Position numbers and translations under genes: made by a program. Shown here piece after piece: positions 42,511 to 56,900 of a DNA stretch of 64,000 bases. How positions within the stretch are numbered: position 1 is the first letter of the stretch; each line of letters starts with the position of its first letter. The notes under the pieces are model-generated. The model was given only the letters and a program-made list of their open reading frames with translations, did no database searches and was not told the DNA's origin. The stretch comes from the human T2T-CHM13v2.0 reference genome, Homo sapiens, in NCBI RefSeq assembly GCF_009914755.1, contig NC_060934.1; one strand, 5' to 3'.

Positions 42511-43946
42511 CCTCCTGACCACCATCCTCCCTCTTCTATGTATCTTTGTAGAAAGATAAATGAAATTTGGGCATAATATCAGATATTCTGTATTCCTCTT
42601 CCAATACAAAACTAGAGCTTCTTGAAATACTCAGGTTTAGAAGAAGAAGGTAATGGCATTGACACTCTACAGCTGTGGTATTCATGAAAATTGGAAAAAC
42701 AAATTAGTATTATGTATTGGAGACATTATTTTATAATAAATCTAGTACTTTTCTCCCAAATAAGCATGGTAGCTTGAAGTATTAGGCCATGTAAGCCCTA
42801 AAGAAACAATTTTAGCCTGCTGACTGCCTAGCCTGAACAAATAATGATCACTTAACAAATAGACTAATTTGTGGTCCTGAAAGAAGTATTTGCTCCGAGG
42901 AAAGGGGTACTAGAATCACAGGCAAATAAATACACATTGCATCAGGTCCTATTTTCAACATCTATTCCAGGACTATGAACTACAGCCATGGTTATTATCT
43001 AATATTAGAGAACAACTTATTGATGATTTTAATTATCCAAGGGGTAATTGAGAAATGGATGGCATAATATATAACAGGAACCCAAGAGATGTTTTTTTCA
43101 TTTGTGTATTTCACTCACATTATCATTTAGACATTAATGATTTCATCTTATGAACTTAAAACTTTTAATAAGTGGACATTATTTTCATAGCTTTATGGTC
43201 AAAACACAGTTTCTAAATTATGCCTGTATAGTGGAACAAAAGTGATGAACTCTTCTTATTTTAAATGAAATGTGTTTTAAAGGGATTAGAATTAAATTAT
43301 CACTTTTAAGATAATATCAGTTTAGGGGGTTGGCAGGTAGGAGAGTACCAGGTTATTAAAAAATAATTTGAGCTTGTAACTGCCATTATATGAGATACTT
43401 CTCTAATGGATGTCCAAAATACACAAGGGAGAGTGGTGAGTGAAGTTTTAATATGTTGATGCCTCAAACGTTTAATCTAGTTTGGCCATAACCAAAGGCT
43501 TTAGGAAGCCAGGATTATTTGGAGTGGAATTAATAGGTGAGCAGACTTTAAAAAATGAGAAATTTTAAATTATATTATAAAATTGCTAATGGTATGTGGT
43601 TGGTATAGAAAATTTGAAAAAAAAGAAAACAAACCATAAACCTTTATACTGAACAAAATAAAACATTGTCTATAATTCCATCATCTTGGAAAGCTCACTG
43701 ATAACATTTAAACACATTTATTTTGAATAAAACTTTCCCTTATATATGAATAGAAAATGTATTTTTGTATAATTGTAAACTGTATTACATGTCCAATTTA
43801 AAAAATTATTCTAAAATAATGTGTCATTAATATTATTGTTAAATAGTTTTGTAATACATTTTGAAAAATTGAGCAATGTGCTGCCAGATAGACTGGTATC
43901 CCATAATTTAATAATCTCCTTATCAAAAACTTAAGGTCTTGTGTTT

Positions 43947-44267
43947 TTATTTTTTATTTTTCAATTTTAATTTTTATTTTTTTTTTGAGATGGAGTCTCG
44001 CTCTGTGGCCCAGGCTGGAGTGCAGTGGTGTGATCGCGGGTCACTGCAAGCTCTGCCTCCCAGGTTCACGCCATTCTCCTGCCTCAGCCTCCTGAGTAGC
44101 TGGGACTACAGGTGCCGCCACCATGCCCAGCTAACTTTTTTGTATTTTTAGTAGAGACGGGTTTTCACCGTGTTAGCCAGGATGATCTCGATCTTCTGAC
44201 CTCGTGATCCGCCCGCCTCGGCCTCCCAAAGTGCTGGGATTACAAGCGTGAGCCACTGTGCCTGGCT
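43947..44267 (-). mobile_element. AluY, TSD AGGTCTTGTGTTT
   Basis: Reverse dimer; duplication at 43934-43946 and 44268-44280. Confidence 0.95.
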
Positions 44268-44322
44268 AGGTCTTGTGTTTAAATGATAATATGTTGTGGT
44301 GGTGTGTAAGATTTCTAATTTT

Positions 44323-44474
44323 TTTAAATTAATTATTTATTTATTTCTTTATGGTAGAGATGAAGTCTCTCTATGTTGCCTAGGCTGGTCGTGAACTCCT
44401 GGGCTTATGTGATCCTCCTGCTTTGGCCTCCCAAACTGCTGGGATTATAGGTGTGAGCCACGACACCCAGGCAC
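44323..44474 (-). mobile_element. FLAM (free left Alu monomer), TSD AAGATTTCTAATTTT
   Basis: Single monomer with a 15-bp duplication. Confidence 0.9.
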
Positions 44475-45618
44475 AAGATTTCTAATTTTAGAAATGGGCC
44501 TAGAGTGGAAACAGTTGAGGTAACTACAACTGTTTTTAAAATTGTGGAAATGAGAATGTTCAGTGTATATTTAAGAAGCAACTAATAGATTTGTTTGGGC
44601 TGTGATATGTAAGCTTTTGTAGGAATTATTGCTCCTGGGTTGGGGGAGATCCAATGAACCTTACATTTTAGGTTCAGGTGTTTAGAGTCTGGGGAGGCAC
44701 TGCAGTCTGTGCATAGCGCTGAGACATATTCAGAGCAATGATTCAGGACAATTCCCCTGAAAGGAGAGTGTGGGCGTAGATTGGAAGGGGAATCATGAGG
44801 GGGAAGAGACAAGAGAGAAGGTTATTTTAACAGTGAAATGCAAGATAATGAGGGTTGGAACCTGGGTGATGGCTGTAGGAAGGGAAAGAAAAAGACAGAG
44901 AGAAAGGTTCCTTAGCATTTGCTATAGTGTTCTTTGCTTAATGCAAATTAAATACATTTGGGGGGGATACTCAGCATGGATATTACTAGCCATTTTCTTA
45001 CTGAGTGCTGCTAAAACTAGAAAGTGCAATGTAATGGCACTGCTAAAATGAAACTGTTTTCCTTTAATAATGCTGCAGTCTCATTACATGAAATAAACCA
45101 ATGTCATTACAGTTCCAATAGTTTAGAATGACCTGCTGAAGTTTTTTTTCTTGTTTTTTTATTTTTCCACATTTCAAAGACTGTTTGATAGACCTGGGGT
45201 TTTAAATAATCTGTACTGTTGTTTCTGTATAAATAATAGATCAATTGTTTGCAGTTGATGTTTTGCTAGTTCTGTTTTCCTGTCTAATGAATGCCTGAGT
45301 GTTTCCGGGCATGTGGTGATTTAAATTGTTTATTAAGATGGGTGAAATCATTGAATGTTGTTCTGTTTGTTTTACTAATAATGCTTATCAAAAATTGTTT
45401 CTAGAACCACAGTTGTTTAAGAGAAGAAAAGTATAATAATATTGTGGGAGAAGGCCTGGGGTTAGATTCAAGAATGTCATATTTAAGGCTAACTCTGCCA
45501 CCATTCCTTCTTAGGCAAGGCACTTAACCTCCCTGTCCTAAGTTTCTGTACCTCTAAAGCGCCTTGTACTACTAGTTCAGAACCATAGCTGTCACTGTGG
45601 TGCTACTCTTACTGTTAC

Positions 45619-46306
45619 TGTTACCGGTGGCAGAGACCCGAATCACCCTGAGTAACCAGCGGCAGATTCGTACCAGTCGGCAGCAACTTAAATTCTTGCC
45701 TTCTCGGAAGAAAGAATTTGACTGAGGTGCATAAAGCAGAAAAAGAGACCGAGGTGAGTTGCAAAGCAGGAGTAAAAGTTTATTAGAAAGGCTTTAGAGC
45801 AGGAAAGAACCCTTGGAAGAAATCCAAGTGAGTGCCTGAAAGTCAAAGAGAGAAAAGAGAGGCCTTTAACCTTGATCCTGGGACTTCATAGGCTCTCCTC
45901 TTTCCCATGATTCCTCCCTTAGGGTGGGCTTTCTGCATGCACGATGCTCTCCTTACCCTTGGGAATTGAGCACGCTCGGTGTGTGTAGGGAGTTGCATGC
46001 ATGCCCATGCCCGTCTGAGGCTTTCTTCCTTTTTCTGGTGGAGTGTACCGGGAAGATCATACTTTGCCATTTTGTCTCTTAATGTGCATGCCCAGGAAGT
46101 TGCTTCTTTCTGGGCCCTGCCTTTAATTAACACTTTAATGTTAACAGGTGTGGACCATCAGGAAATGGCCGCTCCCTGGTGCCAGCTGCCAGTTGATCAC
46201 TTTTAGAGAGGCAATGTGATAATTTGCCTAAACATCACCAGACATTTCTAGTGGGTTGGGGAGAAGAGCCCTCTCCTGCCCCGCTGATGACTAACTACCT
46301 GTAACA
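45619..46306 (-). mobile_element. MER50-like ERV1 solo LTR, TSD TTAC
   Basis: tgttaccgg...cctgtaaca with a 4-bp duplication; gaagaaagaatttgactgagg motif. Confidence 0.85.
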
Positions 46307-46349
46307 TTACTACTAATTATGTACCTCCCACCCCCTTTTATTTGGTGGC

Positions 46350-46530
46350 CAGATACATTCCTTTGAGGGACTTTACGTGTATTACTTTCAACCTCTATGT
46401 CAACCTCATAAGATAGGAAAAATTATTTCTATTTTATTGATGAGAAGACCAAAGTGCAGAGAAATTAAGCAGCTTTCTCAAGGAAAGTGGTGGTTCTGGA
46501 AGTTAAACCCATGTCTGTCCACATTGCCTT
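46350..46530 (-). mobile_element. MIR
   Basis: ctattttattgatgagaagacc...cagagaaattaag. Confidence 0.65.
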
Positions 46531-48834
46531 GGTAAAACTCTAAAAGGAGTAAGTTGAACCTGCTCTGCAACCAAAGAGCTAAGAGGAGCTAAACCTTATG
46601 GAGTTCAGAGCAGAGGAGCAGAAACCCTTTTCCCCTTTGATTTTGCAGGTGGGAAAAGACAGCCTGATCTTCATGGTATCTGGGCTGTGGTGTTTCTAGC
46701 TTTTATACCAAGTCTTCAGATCTTTTGGATCCGATTCTCTATATTTACATTCCTTATTAACATTCACTCTTAAAGATGGAAATGAGAATTTGGGACTTCA
46801 TAAATGCTAGTAAATTACACAAATTCTGAATGTGATTTCTTCCCATGGTACTATTTTAACATAGGTGACCTCTAATTTGCCGGAGTACCAGGCTAGACTG
46901 TATGTTTCCCAAACAGAGGCATCCTGTTTGTCTTGATTTCTGTTTTATCCCTCAATAAGTATTTCCTGAATAAATAACTTAATAAATACAGAATATAGAC
47001 TCTTGAGCTGGTCATTTGATTAATATGTTTGGTTAAACCTAAACAATTTTGCTATGAAACTATTCTTCTCCAAACTGAAATAGAAATGCATCAAAGAGGG
47101 AAACAGCTAAAAAAATTTGAAATGCAATCCAATTTTTATTAGTGTTTTATAGAAATGGGCTTAAAATGCTGTTAGGCAAATGTATATTACAAACAATAGA
47201 CAAGAAATTAAGTTTTGATTCTTAAAGTTTTAAATACCTAAACACATCTGTAGATGTAGCTGTGGGGACACTTTTATGAGACAAGAATATTTGTGCAGTA
47301 AAATTAAACATTCTTGTAAAGAAGTATTTTTTTTGTGTATAAGACTATATATAATTTCACAATTCAGGTGGCATTTGAATAATTACCTTTGAAAAGTAAA
47401 ATAAACAACTTTTTAAAGATTCAGGACCAAAATTTGAATGAAAGAAGTGAGAGAATCTTCTAACATCTATTTATTTTCCCCTTTTTAATCCTAATTTTCC
47501 TGCACTTCCTTTTCATGATTTTAAAAAATCAACCGTTTAGTTGAAATTCATTGATAATTTAGTTCTTTTTCCAGTTTAGAGTACAATTAAAAACCGTTCT
47601 TGGTGTAATCCAAGGCACCGCTTTAATAAATATATAATCACTGCATCATGAAGCCAGAGTAGCAATGCGATCTCTGAACTTAAAATGACACAGAAAATTG
47701 AGTTTATTGATATGTAAGTCTAGAGGAAACCCTAAGTAATTTTGTAGGAATAGTTTAGCTTTTAAGAAATCTCTCTTTGCTGAAATTTCAAGTAGTGTAA
47801 TACTTATACAGGTAATTTCAGGTTAAATTAATGCTGTTTCAGGTATAGCAGGTAAAATATGTTCTTAATACATGTTTATTCAATAAATGAGGTCTTTGAG
47901 TCTGATTTGAAACTCTCAATCTTAAAGGCATCTTTCGTTGTTGTCTTAAGGCGAAGTTCTTTGGCTGAACAATTCTAAGTTATCTGTTTTATTCTTCTCA
48001 TCCTGACTCAGCTGAGTTCGTGGATATAATGCTGTTCTCACAAAGCTGCCCCTTGTTCCTCTGTGAAAAGCAGTGGGAACCCCTCCAAGGAGACAGAGGG
48101 CATTACTGTTCCCTAAGGAGAAAGACGACCGATCAGCCCTGGTCAAATCTTTGCCACACAACTTTAGTTGCTTGCTTAGATGTTTGCCTCTTTGATGGCA
48201 ATATGAAAATGACTATATGAAACATGACTTTTTTCTCACAAAGCTGGTGCACAAAGCTCTACCACTCATCTCAGCTGGACTCAGTGCACAGGGGCTATAG
48301 TACACAGGACTAGCTACAGAGACATTTGAACTTTAAAAAAAGTTCTTTTTCAGGGAGAGTAAATTGGCCTTCTTGATATGTGCATAAGCACAATCAATCA
48401 TATCAGCCTGGCTGGTTGCTTTTTTTTTTCCTTCTTTTTTTATTTTTGGTTGCTCATTTTTGATCTCTGAATCGCCCACCCTTTGCATTTAAATTAAGGT
48501 AATGCAGGATTTAGCAGCTTCCTAGATACAGATTGTTTGAAAGACCATAGATCGACAACAAAAGTAACACTTGGAAATTAAATTTGTGAGGGCATCAGAA
48601 GAGGAAGGATTTAGGTGGAGTACAATTTCACTTCTTTGTAGGCTAGTCAATTAAAATATCATATGATGGCTTCAGTATACTTTGGTCAACTTGCCTAAAA
48701 AGTCTGAATCTATAGTTCATCTTATTTCCTTAATCTAAAATTATAAACACACTGATGACACAAGCTTCCATTTAACTTTACCATTTCTGTCTCATACCAT
48801 ATCTAGCAGCTATTTCCTATGCTATTTTGCCACT

Positions 48835-49125
48835 ATGGTGGGTACCTTCCATTTGTCCCTCCAGCTTCGCAATCCCATTTTCTCTACTCTACTATGTACT
48901 CTGTGGGCACCTGACTTTAATGGACTGCCTCAACGTGCTTGCTTGATGCTAGGTGGATTTGGACAATGGAAGGCATAAGCATGAGAGTAAAGGGTGGGAG
49001 GGCAGTAGAGTTGAGATCTATATTTCCTGTCTCCCTCTGATTGACCAAGGTTTGGATTTGGCTGCTTTCTTCCATGAAGGCGATAAGTTCTGTCAGACAG
49101 CTCTATCTCCATATGGATCTCTCCA
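48835..49125 (-). mobile_element. LTR33-like ERVL LTR fragment
   Basis: ccttccatttgtccctccag...tttggacaatggaaggca motifs. Confidence 0.55.
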
Positions 49126-49545
49126 GGTATTACTAAGTGTTAACTGTTGAGTAGATGGAAGTGAAATCTGGGAAGAAAAATTCAGTATTAACTATTGCCA
49201 GGTATGGACTTCTCGTGGTTTGATAGGTCTAAGCCTGTCTTAGAGGATAATTATATTCTTGGAAATACATATTGCTGGGTCCAGTCTGGCTTGAGAAAGG
49301 GAGGGCCACTTTACTGTCAGGCCAATTTATGCAGGAGGATATAACCTACCCTGCAGAGAAGGGAGACAGAGAAACATATATGGAACAAATCCCTACCAGA
49401 ATTACTCCTGCTCTTGGACAGAGTGAGTGGTTAAAGATGGGATCATAATCCATTGTCTCAATATGTGGCCACTCTGGAACTATTTTCCACTGTGCTCAAA
49501 ATGTTTACTATAAAAACATTATTGTTATTATCAAAACATTATTGT

Positions 49546-50010
49546 GTATTTGTTTCGTAGGGTCCTAGGGATGCCACACAAATTACCACAAACTTGGTGG
49601 CTTAAAACAAGAGATTTATTATCTCACAGCTCTGGGGACTAGAAATCCAAAAGCAGTGTGTCAGTAGGGCCATGAGGCCTCTGAAGGCTCTAGGAAAGAA
49701 TTCTTCCTTACCACTTCCTGGCTGCTGAAGGCTTCTAGCAATCCTTGGTCTTCCTTGGCTTATAGCTGCATCATTTCAACCTCTGCCTCTGCCTCTGTCT
49801 TCACATGGTCATCTTGTCTAGGTATCTCTGTATGTCTTCTCCTCTTCTTATAATGACCCTAGTCACTGGATTTAGGGTAAACTCTAAATTAGCATGACCT
49901 CACTCTAACTTAACTAATTAGATTTGCAAGGGCCCTGTTTCCAAATAAGTTCACATTCTGAGGTTCTAAGAGGACATAAATTAAATAGGAACACAATTTA
50001 ACCTGGTGCA
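49546..50010 (-). mobile_element. MLT1C-like MaLR LTR
   Basis: caaattaccacaaacttggtggcttaaaacaa...cacattctgaggttct. Confidence 0.9.
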
Positions 50011-50214
50011 GGTCACTACCCACAGAAGAACTGACCAAGAAGAGAGAGATCTATCCAATCAATTGCATCAGCGAACACATTGCCTTTTTTCCTCAGGTGA
50101 GTTTGAGATAGGCTTTCATCAAATATGTCTCCATCCATGCCTTCAACATAGTTTCTTATTCACTTAATAAAATTTTGACAATTTAAAAATGTGTGTGTAT
50201 GTAAGCACAAACAA

Positions 50215-52072
50215 TTACGTTGGTGGAATTGTAAATTGGTACAGCTATTATGAAGAACACTGTTGAGGTTCCTTGAAAACTAAAAATAGAACTACCATAT
50301 GATCTAGCAATCCCAATTCTGAGTATGCATCCCCCCTTCAAAAAAAATGAAATCTGTATCTCAAAGAGATCTGCGCTTCCTTGTTCATTACAGCCGCATT
50401 CATAGCAGCCAAAATACAGAAACAATCTGTCTGTCGACAAATGAATGGACAAAAAAACAAATGTGTGTGTGTATATATATATGTGTGTGTGTATGCAGTA
50501 TGTGTATACATTTATATACACACACATACAGTCATGCTCCATATAATGATGTTTCATTCAAGAACAGACTGCATATATGACAGTGGTCCTGTAGATTATA
50601 GTACTTGATAAAAATAACAACTATGTTACTAGCTTATAAATTTAATATAGTATAATTTTATTGTTATTTTAGAATATACTCCTACTTATGAAAAACAAAC
50701 TGTAAAACAGCTTTAGGCAGGTCCTTCAGGAGGTATTCCCCAGAAGAAGGCATTGTGATCATAGGAAATGGCAGCTCCGTGAGTGTTAGTGTCCCTGAAG
50801 ACCTCCCAGTGGGACAAGATATGGAGGTAGAAGACAGCAATGTTGATGACCCTGACCCTGGGTAGGCCTAGATTCATTGTTTGTGTCTTCATTTTTAGTA
50901 AAAAATTTAAAAAGTAAAAAAAAAAAAAAATAGAAGGAAGCTTATAGAATAAGGATATAAAGAAAGAAAACAATATTTTTGTACAGCTGTACAATGTATG
51001 CTTTAAGCTATGTGTTATTACAAAAGATTCAAAAAGTTACAAAAAATTAAAAAGTTTATAAAGTAAACAAGTTACAAGAACCTAAGGTTAATTTATTATT
51101 GAAGAAAAATAACATTAAAAAATTGGGTGTAGCCTAAGTGTACAGTTTCTATAAAGTCTACAGTAGTGTATAGTAAAGTCCTAGGCCTCCACATTCACTG
51201 AGCACTCACTCACTGACTCACCAAGCACAACTTCTGGTCCTGCAAGCTCCATTCATGGTAAGTGCCTTATGCAGGTGTTCCATTTATAATCTTTTATACT
51301 GTATTTTTACTTTACCTATCCTATGTTTAATATGTGTAGATACACGAACACTTACCATTGTGTTACAATTCTCTGCTGTATTCAGTACAGTAACATGCTG
51401 TATATGTTCGTAGCCAAGGAGCAATATGCTATACAATGTAGCCTATGTGTGTAGTAGGCTATACCATTTAGGTTGTTGTGATTACACTCTGTAATGTACA
51501 TATAAAGATGATATTGCCTAACATTCCATTTCTCAGAACATATTCCTATAGTTAAGTGACACAAAACTACACACACAATGGAGTATTTTCAGAGCTAAAA
51601 GAGAAATATGCCACAACATAGATGAACTTGGAAAACATTACACTAAATCCAATAAGCCAGACACAGAGAAACAAATACTGCATGGTCTCACTTATATACG
51701 GACTCTAAAGAGCTCAAACTTATAGGCAGAGTATAAAGGTGGTTGCTGGGAGCAGGGGTGTGAAGAAAATGGAGGATTTTGGTCAAAGGGTACAAAATTT
51801 CAGTTATAAGATAAGTAAGTTCTGGAGATCTAATGTACAACATGGTAACTAAATAATAATGTATTGTATACCAGGGCTTTGCTAAGAGAGTAGCATTTAA
51901 GTTTTTTCACTACACATGCACAAATGCTAACTATGTGAGGTGATGAGTATACTAATAAGCTTGATTGTGGCAATCACTTCACAATGTATGTGTATATCAA
52001 AACATCACTTTGTACACCTTAAATAGATACAATATTCATTTGTCAGCGGTATCTCAATAAAACTGGAAAAAA
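50215..52072 (+). mobile_element. L1MA 3' end split by a Tigger3b/Golem element (50529-51570)
   Basis: L1 3' motifs on both sides; Tigger3 termini cagtcatgc... / ...gttaagtgacac. Confidence 0.85.
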
Positions 52073-52919
52073 ATAGTTTGATGTGTATATGTGGGGTCCT
52101 TCTCAATTCCTACTATAAATGTATACTTTCTAATTTCACACCTATGTTTGAAATTCATAGTGATCCAGATCCATTTCCAGATATAAAATTAATATCCTGA
52201 ACAATAAATTTACTAAAATAGGAATCGATTTCTTTTATACCTGATTTTTTTTTATCTTGCTCCAGGTAATCGCTAGTGTAGTATCATGCATTGGAATAGA
52301 AATTATTCAATATGGAACAGATTAATCTGATCCTCTAGGATTCAACCAAAAAGACTTGATGAGAGGAAACTTTTGTTACAGGGAAATAAGATTTGAAGTG
52401 AAAGCAAGTAAGAAATAAATCTGCTGTCTTTCTCTAGGCTGTCTGTCTCCAGGCATTTAATAAATATTAATTATTTTTTTATTCCTTTTTAAGTCCAAAG
52501 CAACAATAATGGACTTCTAAACATATTTGTTTCTTATTAAGTATACAGGATTTAATGCTACTAAATTCACTTGATAGTCTTTAATGCTTCAACTTTGCTG
52601 AAATTCAAGCTATATACAATTGTTGAATTTTCTAAAATGTAGCCTTTTATTACAAATTGTAAATTTTAATTTTTTGTGATTTAGCTTTTGTACACTAAAA
52701 ATAAATGCAATCTGTGTACTTATTAGAAAAATTATGCTTACATTCAAAAGCCTAATGTATTTTATCAATATAAGTATTAAAGATGACTATGCCTCAGCTC
52801 TGTACTTTGATTCCTTTGTTTACAGCATCTTAACAAAAATAAAAAATAAAATTAAAAAAATCATAACTTTGCCCCAAAAACATAGTGTTATCAAAAGAAA
52901 TGTTACCAAAGAGTAATTA

Positions 52920-53145
52920 CTGTGTTCCAGTCATGATGTTAGGTATATCCTACGCATTATCTTATTTAGTTCTCCCAGCAATAAAATGATTTATTATTCA
53001 GATTCTTATAGATGAGGCTATTGAAACTCAGAGTCAGAAAGGTTAAAAATTGGAATGTGCACAGCTAAAATGTGTGAGGATTGAGATCTGACATATGCTT
53101 TTTTTTGACAACAAGGCCTTCAATTGTAATTATTGTGCTACCGGT
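52920..53145 (-). mobile_element. MIR
   Basis: ttatagatgagg...tgaaactcagag core. Confidence 0.65.
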
Positions 53146-54090
53146 TTATTAAGATGATAAAATTGGTATTTCAGAAAGGAGAATGTATTGAGAATATGCA
53201 GGACGAATTAAAGATAGACAACCCTTGGCAGTAAGAATTGTGAATTGGTATTTTTGGTTTTTAAACCATGATTCACATCACTGAACTGTTGATTTGATAG
53301 GTGGCTCAGCATTTAGTCAAGAAAAGCAAAAATATACAGTACTTCTATGACTCCTTAGCAAAAATCAAATAACCCAATTATAAATGAGCAAAAGATCCAA
53401 ATAAAAATCTCTCTAATGAAGATATGGAAATGGCTAAGGGTATTGAAATGATCCCAAACATCACTAATCATCAGGGAAGTGCAAGTCAAAACCACAGAAA
53501 TTACCTCAAACCTGTTAGAATGGCCATCAAAAATAGAAAATGTTAGAAAGGCTGTGGAGAGAAGGGAAACCTTGTACATAGTTTGTGGGGACTGTAAATT
53601 GGTACAGCCACAATGAAAAACAGTATGGAGTTTCTCAAAAAATTAAAACTACAACTGTATATGACCCAGTAATCCCACCTTTTATGCATACGCAAAAGAA
53701 TTGCAATGAAGATCTTGAAGAGATATCTGCACTCCCTTGTTAATTGCAGCATCATTCACAACTGCCAAGATATAGAAACAACCCAACTGCCTATTGAAAG
53801 ATGAATAAACAAACACACTGTTGCACATATATATATATGCACACACATATGTACACATTAACTTATTTGTCAGCTTTTAAAAATAAGGAAATCCTGCCAT
53901 TTGCTATAGTATAGATGAATTTGGAAGACAATATGTTAAGTGAAATAAGCCTGACACAGAATGACAAATAACACATGACTGACTTGAATGATGACTACCA
54001 GTAGCTGGGAAGAAGGGGAATCTGAGAAGTATTAATCGAATAATATATAGTATCACTTATGCAAGTTGAATGAATCCTAGAAATCTAATA

Positions 54091-54410
<320 letters not shown>

Positions 54411-54461
54411 CTAATGTACATCGTAGCACACACACACAGTTAACAATATTGGATTGTATCC

Positions 54462-55090
54462 TGTAAACCAAAAATAAAATTCTAAGGCATCTTCTAACGA
54501 TCTTAATGAACTCATTCTTCTTGGCCAGGGCACTCCAAAGTTAACCTGAAAGGCTGATTCAGGCCATGGTGGGAAGTCAGGGAGGGATTGGACATGCCTC
54601 ATTATGCTCTCTTCCCTTTTGGAATTCAGGAAAAGCCACCAGCATTTAACATCAATACAGACCTTAAGTCTGATAAGAAACATTGAAAATCTATTCTCTC
54701 TGAAGCCTGCTTCCTGGAGGCTTCATCTGGATGATAAAAATTTGGTCTCCACAACTTCTTATAGTAACCCAGACATTCCTTTTTATTGATGATAACTCTT
54801 TCAATCAATTGCCAATCAGAAAATTTTTAAATCTACCTATATCCTGGAAGCACCCCTGTACCCCTTCAAGTTATCCCACATTTCTGGGCCAAACCAATGT
54901 ATATATTAAACGTATTTCATTGATGTCTCATGTCTCCCTAAAATGTATAAAACCAAGCTGTGCCCAGACCACCTTGGGCACATGTTCTCAGGGCTTCCTG
55001 AGGGCTGTGTCACAGGCCACGGACCCTCATATTTGGTTCAGAATAAATCTCTTCAAATATTTTACAGAGATTTGACTCTTTTGTCAATCA
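54462..55090 (+). mobile_element. MER4B-like ERV1 solo LTR
   Basis: tgtaaaccaaaaataaaattctaag start; gaataaatctcttcaaatattttacagag end. Confidence 0.9.
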
Positions 55091-56689
55091 TGCTTAAAAA
55101 TGTAAGAGGCTAGATTTTATGTTAAATGTTCTTATCAGGAAAAAAGGGAGAGAGGAACTTTGAGAGGTGATGGTTAAGTTTTTGGTATTGTATATGGTGG
55201 TGGTTTCACCATGTATACTTATCTTCAAACACATCAAGAGGTATACACTAAATATGTATTTTTTTGCATGTCAATCACACCTCATTAGAAAAAATAAGGT
55301 ATCACAGACTGGAAAAAAGAAATAATACTATTAAAAAAAAAGAAAAGCAACAGGGGCTTAATACTGTTGAATAAGATAAACATATAACTTCTACGTGTGC
55401 ATATTCTGCAATGTGGTTGTGCACCTTGTGCTAAGTAATCTAGCTCATATGTTCTGTATAAAATTGTAGCATGTAGGTCATTTTTATAAAAAATGTAAGT
55501 ACACAGAATGATATAAAATTGATCATTGCAGCAAAGAATCTAAAAGACCAAATTTAATATGCTTGTTATTACTCAAGATTTTTAAGCAGATATTTTTTCA
55601 CACTATACTAAATATAGTACTTTAGTAAATTAAAGTTTATTTGCAATTTACAAATGCTTTCTTTGCATCTTTGTTTTCTCTTTCCATTGCTAATTTATAC
55701 TTGAATGTGCTACCACCTTTAATGGGCTTAAAATAATTATTAACTATTTTTTCATGTTGTGGTTATGTAGCTGGAAAGCCTCATTCACTTGGAGGTCTAA
55801 AGCAAGAAAACTTTTGACACATTTTTTTTGAGCATACATATATTTTTTGCTAATGCTGTTAGTTTGGGTAAGAGAATTAATTAAATCTCAATTACATATT
55901 TTATATATGTTTAAATTAAATATTTTAACTGCTCTATTGCAGACATGTACTGATGTGAGAAACTAAATTATATTTATAGTCTCCTGCCAAGTGTTTGGTG
56001 GTATTAACATGCAACAAAGAAAAGGGAAAAACAAACAGCAGAAAACGAACATCAGAAAATCACTCTACATGATGCTTAAATACAGAGGGCAAGCAACCCA
56101 AGAGAAAACACCACTTCCTAATTGCATTTCTTTTTCTCCTTCTCTACGGCCAGCCAGTGCTGTCCCTTCCCTGAGACTCCACATAAAGCATTTTTATTAG
56201 AGATAGTGATATTCAGTCAACATAATGATGCCGTCAGTTTGGCCAAATACCAAAATCAATGCCCTAGCTATTTGTCTAGCATCTGTGCTGCTGAAGACAG
56301 GGCTTTCTGTTGACTCCATAAATTAAAGATCAAGTAGCAACAAGGAAGGCTGGAGAAGCTGATTCCCAGGGAAGCAATGAAGCAAAGGTAGAGTTTGTTT
56401 GCCTTTTTTTACTGCTGCTGTAGTAGTGAAAGATTTCTGAAGAATCATCATTCATTTCCTTTGTGCCAAATCCATTCAGAGCCGGTGCTCTCATGACCAA
56501 GTATGACCATTTGCTAATAAATAAGTGGTCAGTCCATTCTAAGTGCCTCTTGCATGGTGTTTTGGTATATTGTAGCATATTATTTGGGTGATTCGTTGCC
56601 ATTACTTTTGTATTTTGTTAATAGCTTCTTCTATGATAATGTTCTTGTGACCGTGATCCATGTTGGACACCACATGACATTAACAATGC

Positions 56690-56900
56690 TATGAAGATGT
56701 GCTGATTTCCTATTGTGTACCAGGTGCCTATTTTGTATTATTTAATTCAATTCTTGCGGTTGCACAGGCGTTGTTTTCCACATTATTTTTAAGTTGAGAG
56801 TGTTGAAGCTCAGAGAGCTACTCACCTGTAAATAGAGAACTGGAAGTCAAATGCAGGTCTTCATAGTGCCAAAACTGTGGTTTTCCCATTGCACGGTCCT
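56690..56900 (-). mobile_element. MIR
   Basis: tgaagctcagagag core and flanks. Confidence 0.55.

Noticed and set aside
46649-46675. Plus-strand 27-nt exon-like unit (ttttgcag|...ATG|gtatct)
   Set aside because: Weak donor and no partner exons identified.
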